A stretch of DNA of 61,393 nucleotides, counting the filler. It is 6 parts of 6 records of this genome, joined end to end, with 100 filler letters (N's around TTAATTAATTAA, not from the genome) between each part and the next. Parts side by side here need not be neighbours in the genome. Positions count along the whole stretch, not along the records: positions 51,408 to 61,393 come from SRR31156797_19006; 5 more parts are not named here. The stretch is one strand, 5' to 3'. The notes under the pieces were generated by a model. That model made no database searches. It was given only the letters and a program-made list of their open reading frames with translations, and was not told the DNA's origin. This document shows, in pieces, positions 61,275 to 61,393 of this stretch. The position numbers and the translations under genes were made by a program. Every line of letters begins with the position of its first letter. The stretch's first letter is position 1.

Positions 61275-61393
61275 ATGAAAAGAATTCTGTTGTTATTTAG
61301 CTTTTATAGTTTCATTTTATGTACTCAGGCACAAACTGTAAATGTAATGTTGGTTACCGGTGGTCATGAATTTGACACCGTTCAGTTTCTCGA
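61275..61393 (+). CDS. Exported protein, possibly ThuA-like, truncated by the window end
   Basis: MKRILLLFSFYSFILCTQAQTVNVMLVTGGHEFDTVQFL: signal peptide plus VTGGH.FD. Confidence 0.55.
   Translation, partial: MKRILLLFSFYSFILCTQAQTVNVMLVTGGHEFDTVQFL

Overview
This window is not one locus. It is six unrelated contigs joined by artificial 100-nt spacers (N44-TTAATTAATTAA-N44 at 6967-7066, 17977-18076, 35180-35279, 42792-42891, 51308-51407). (1) 1-6966, AT-rich and Bacteroidota-like: a TPR sensor kinase, a NarL-family response regulator and a large modular BspA-type LRR protein. Both promoters carry the same palindrome at identical spacing from a Bacteroidota -7 box. (2) 7067-17976 and (3) 18077-35179, GC-rich and alphaproteobacterial: mostly housekeeping genes (ABC transporter, tenA, mnmA, azlC/azlD, Atm1-like exporter, csp, phoX, ArsR/CDF, trmL, hemF, cca, MoxR operon, LysR/wrbA). 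They also hold a HAD+DUF2181-like fusion and a lower-GC insertion encoding an apparently catalytically dead tyrosine recombinase plus a small HTH protein. (4) 35280-42791: part of a phage-satellite-like element integrated at an initiator tRNA-Met 3' end. It has integrase, excisionase, split primase, SF3-type helicase, iteron origin and an HGGxSTG protein, plus unusual cargo: a truncated ubiquitin-like ORF, an antirepressor preceded by a multi-stem RNA candidate, and two Phd-like proteins without a toxin. (5) 42892-51307, Vibrio-like: CDF, DMT, RluA-family, NemR-like TetR/curA with a duplicated operator, SulP, HAD and a nucleotidyltransferase. (6) 51408-61393, Bacteroidota-like: AddA/UvrD helicase preceded by a heptamer tandem array, a lipase-like lipoprotein and a large AsmA-like protein. 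The satellite-like element is the best candidate for new biology. All assignments come from reading motifs by eye; no searches were run and taxonomy is inferred.
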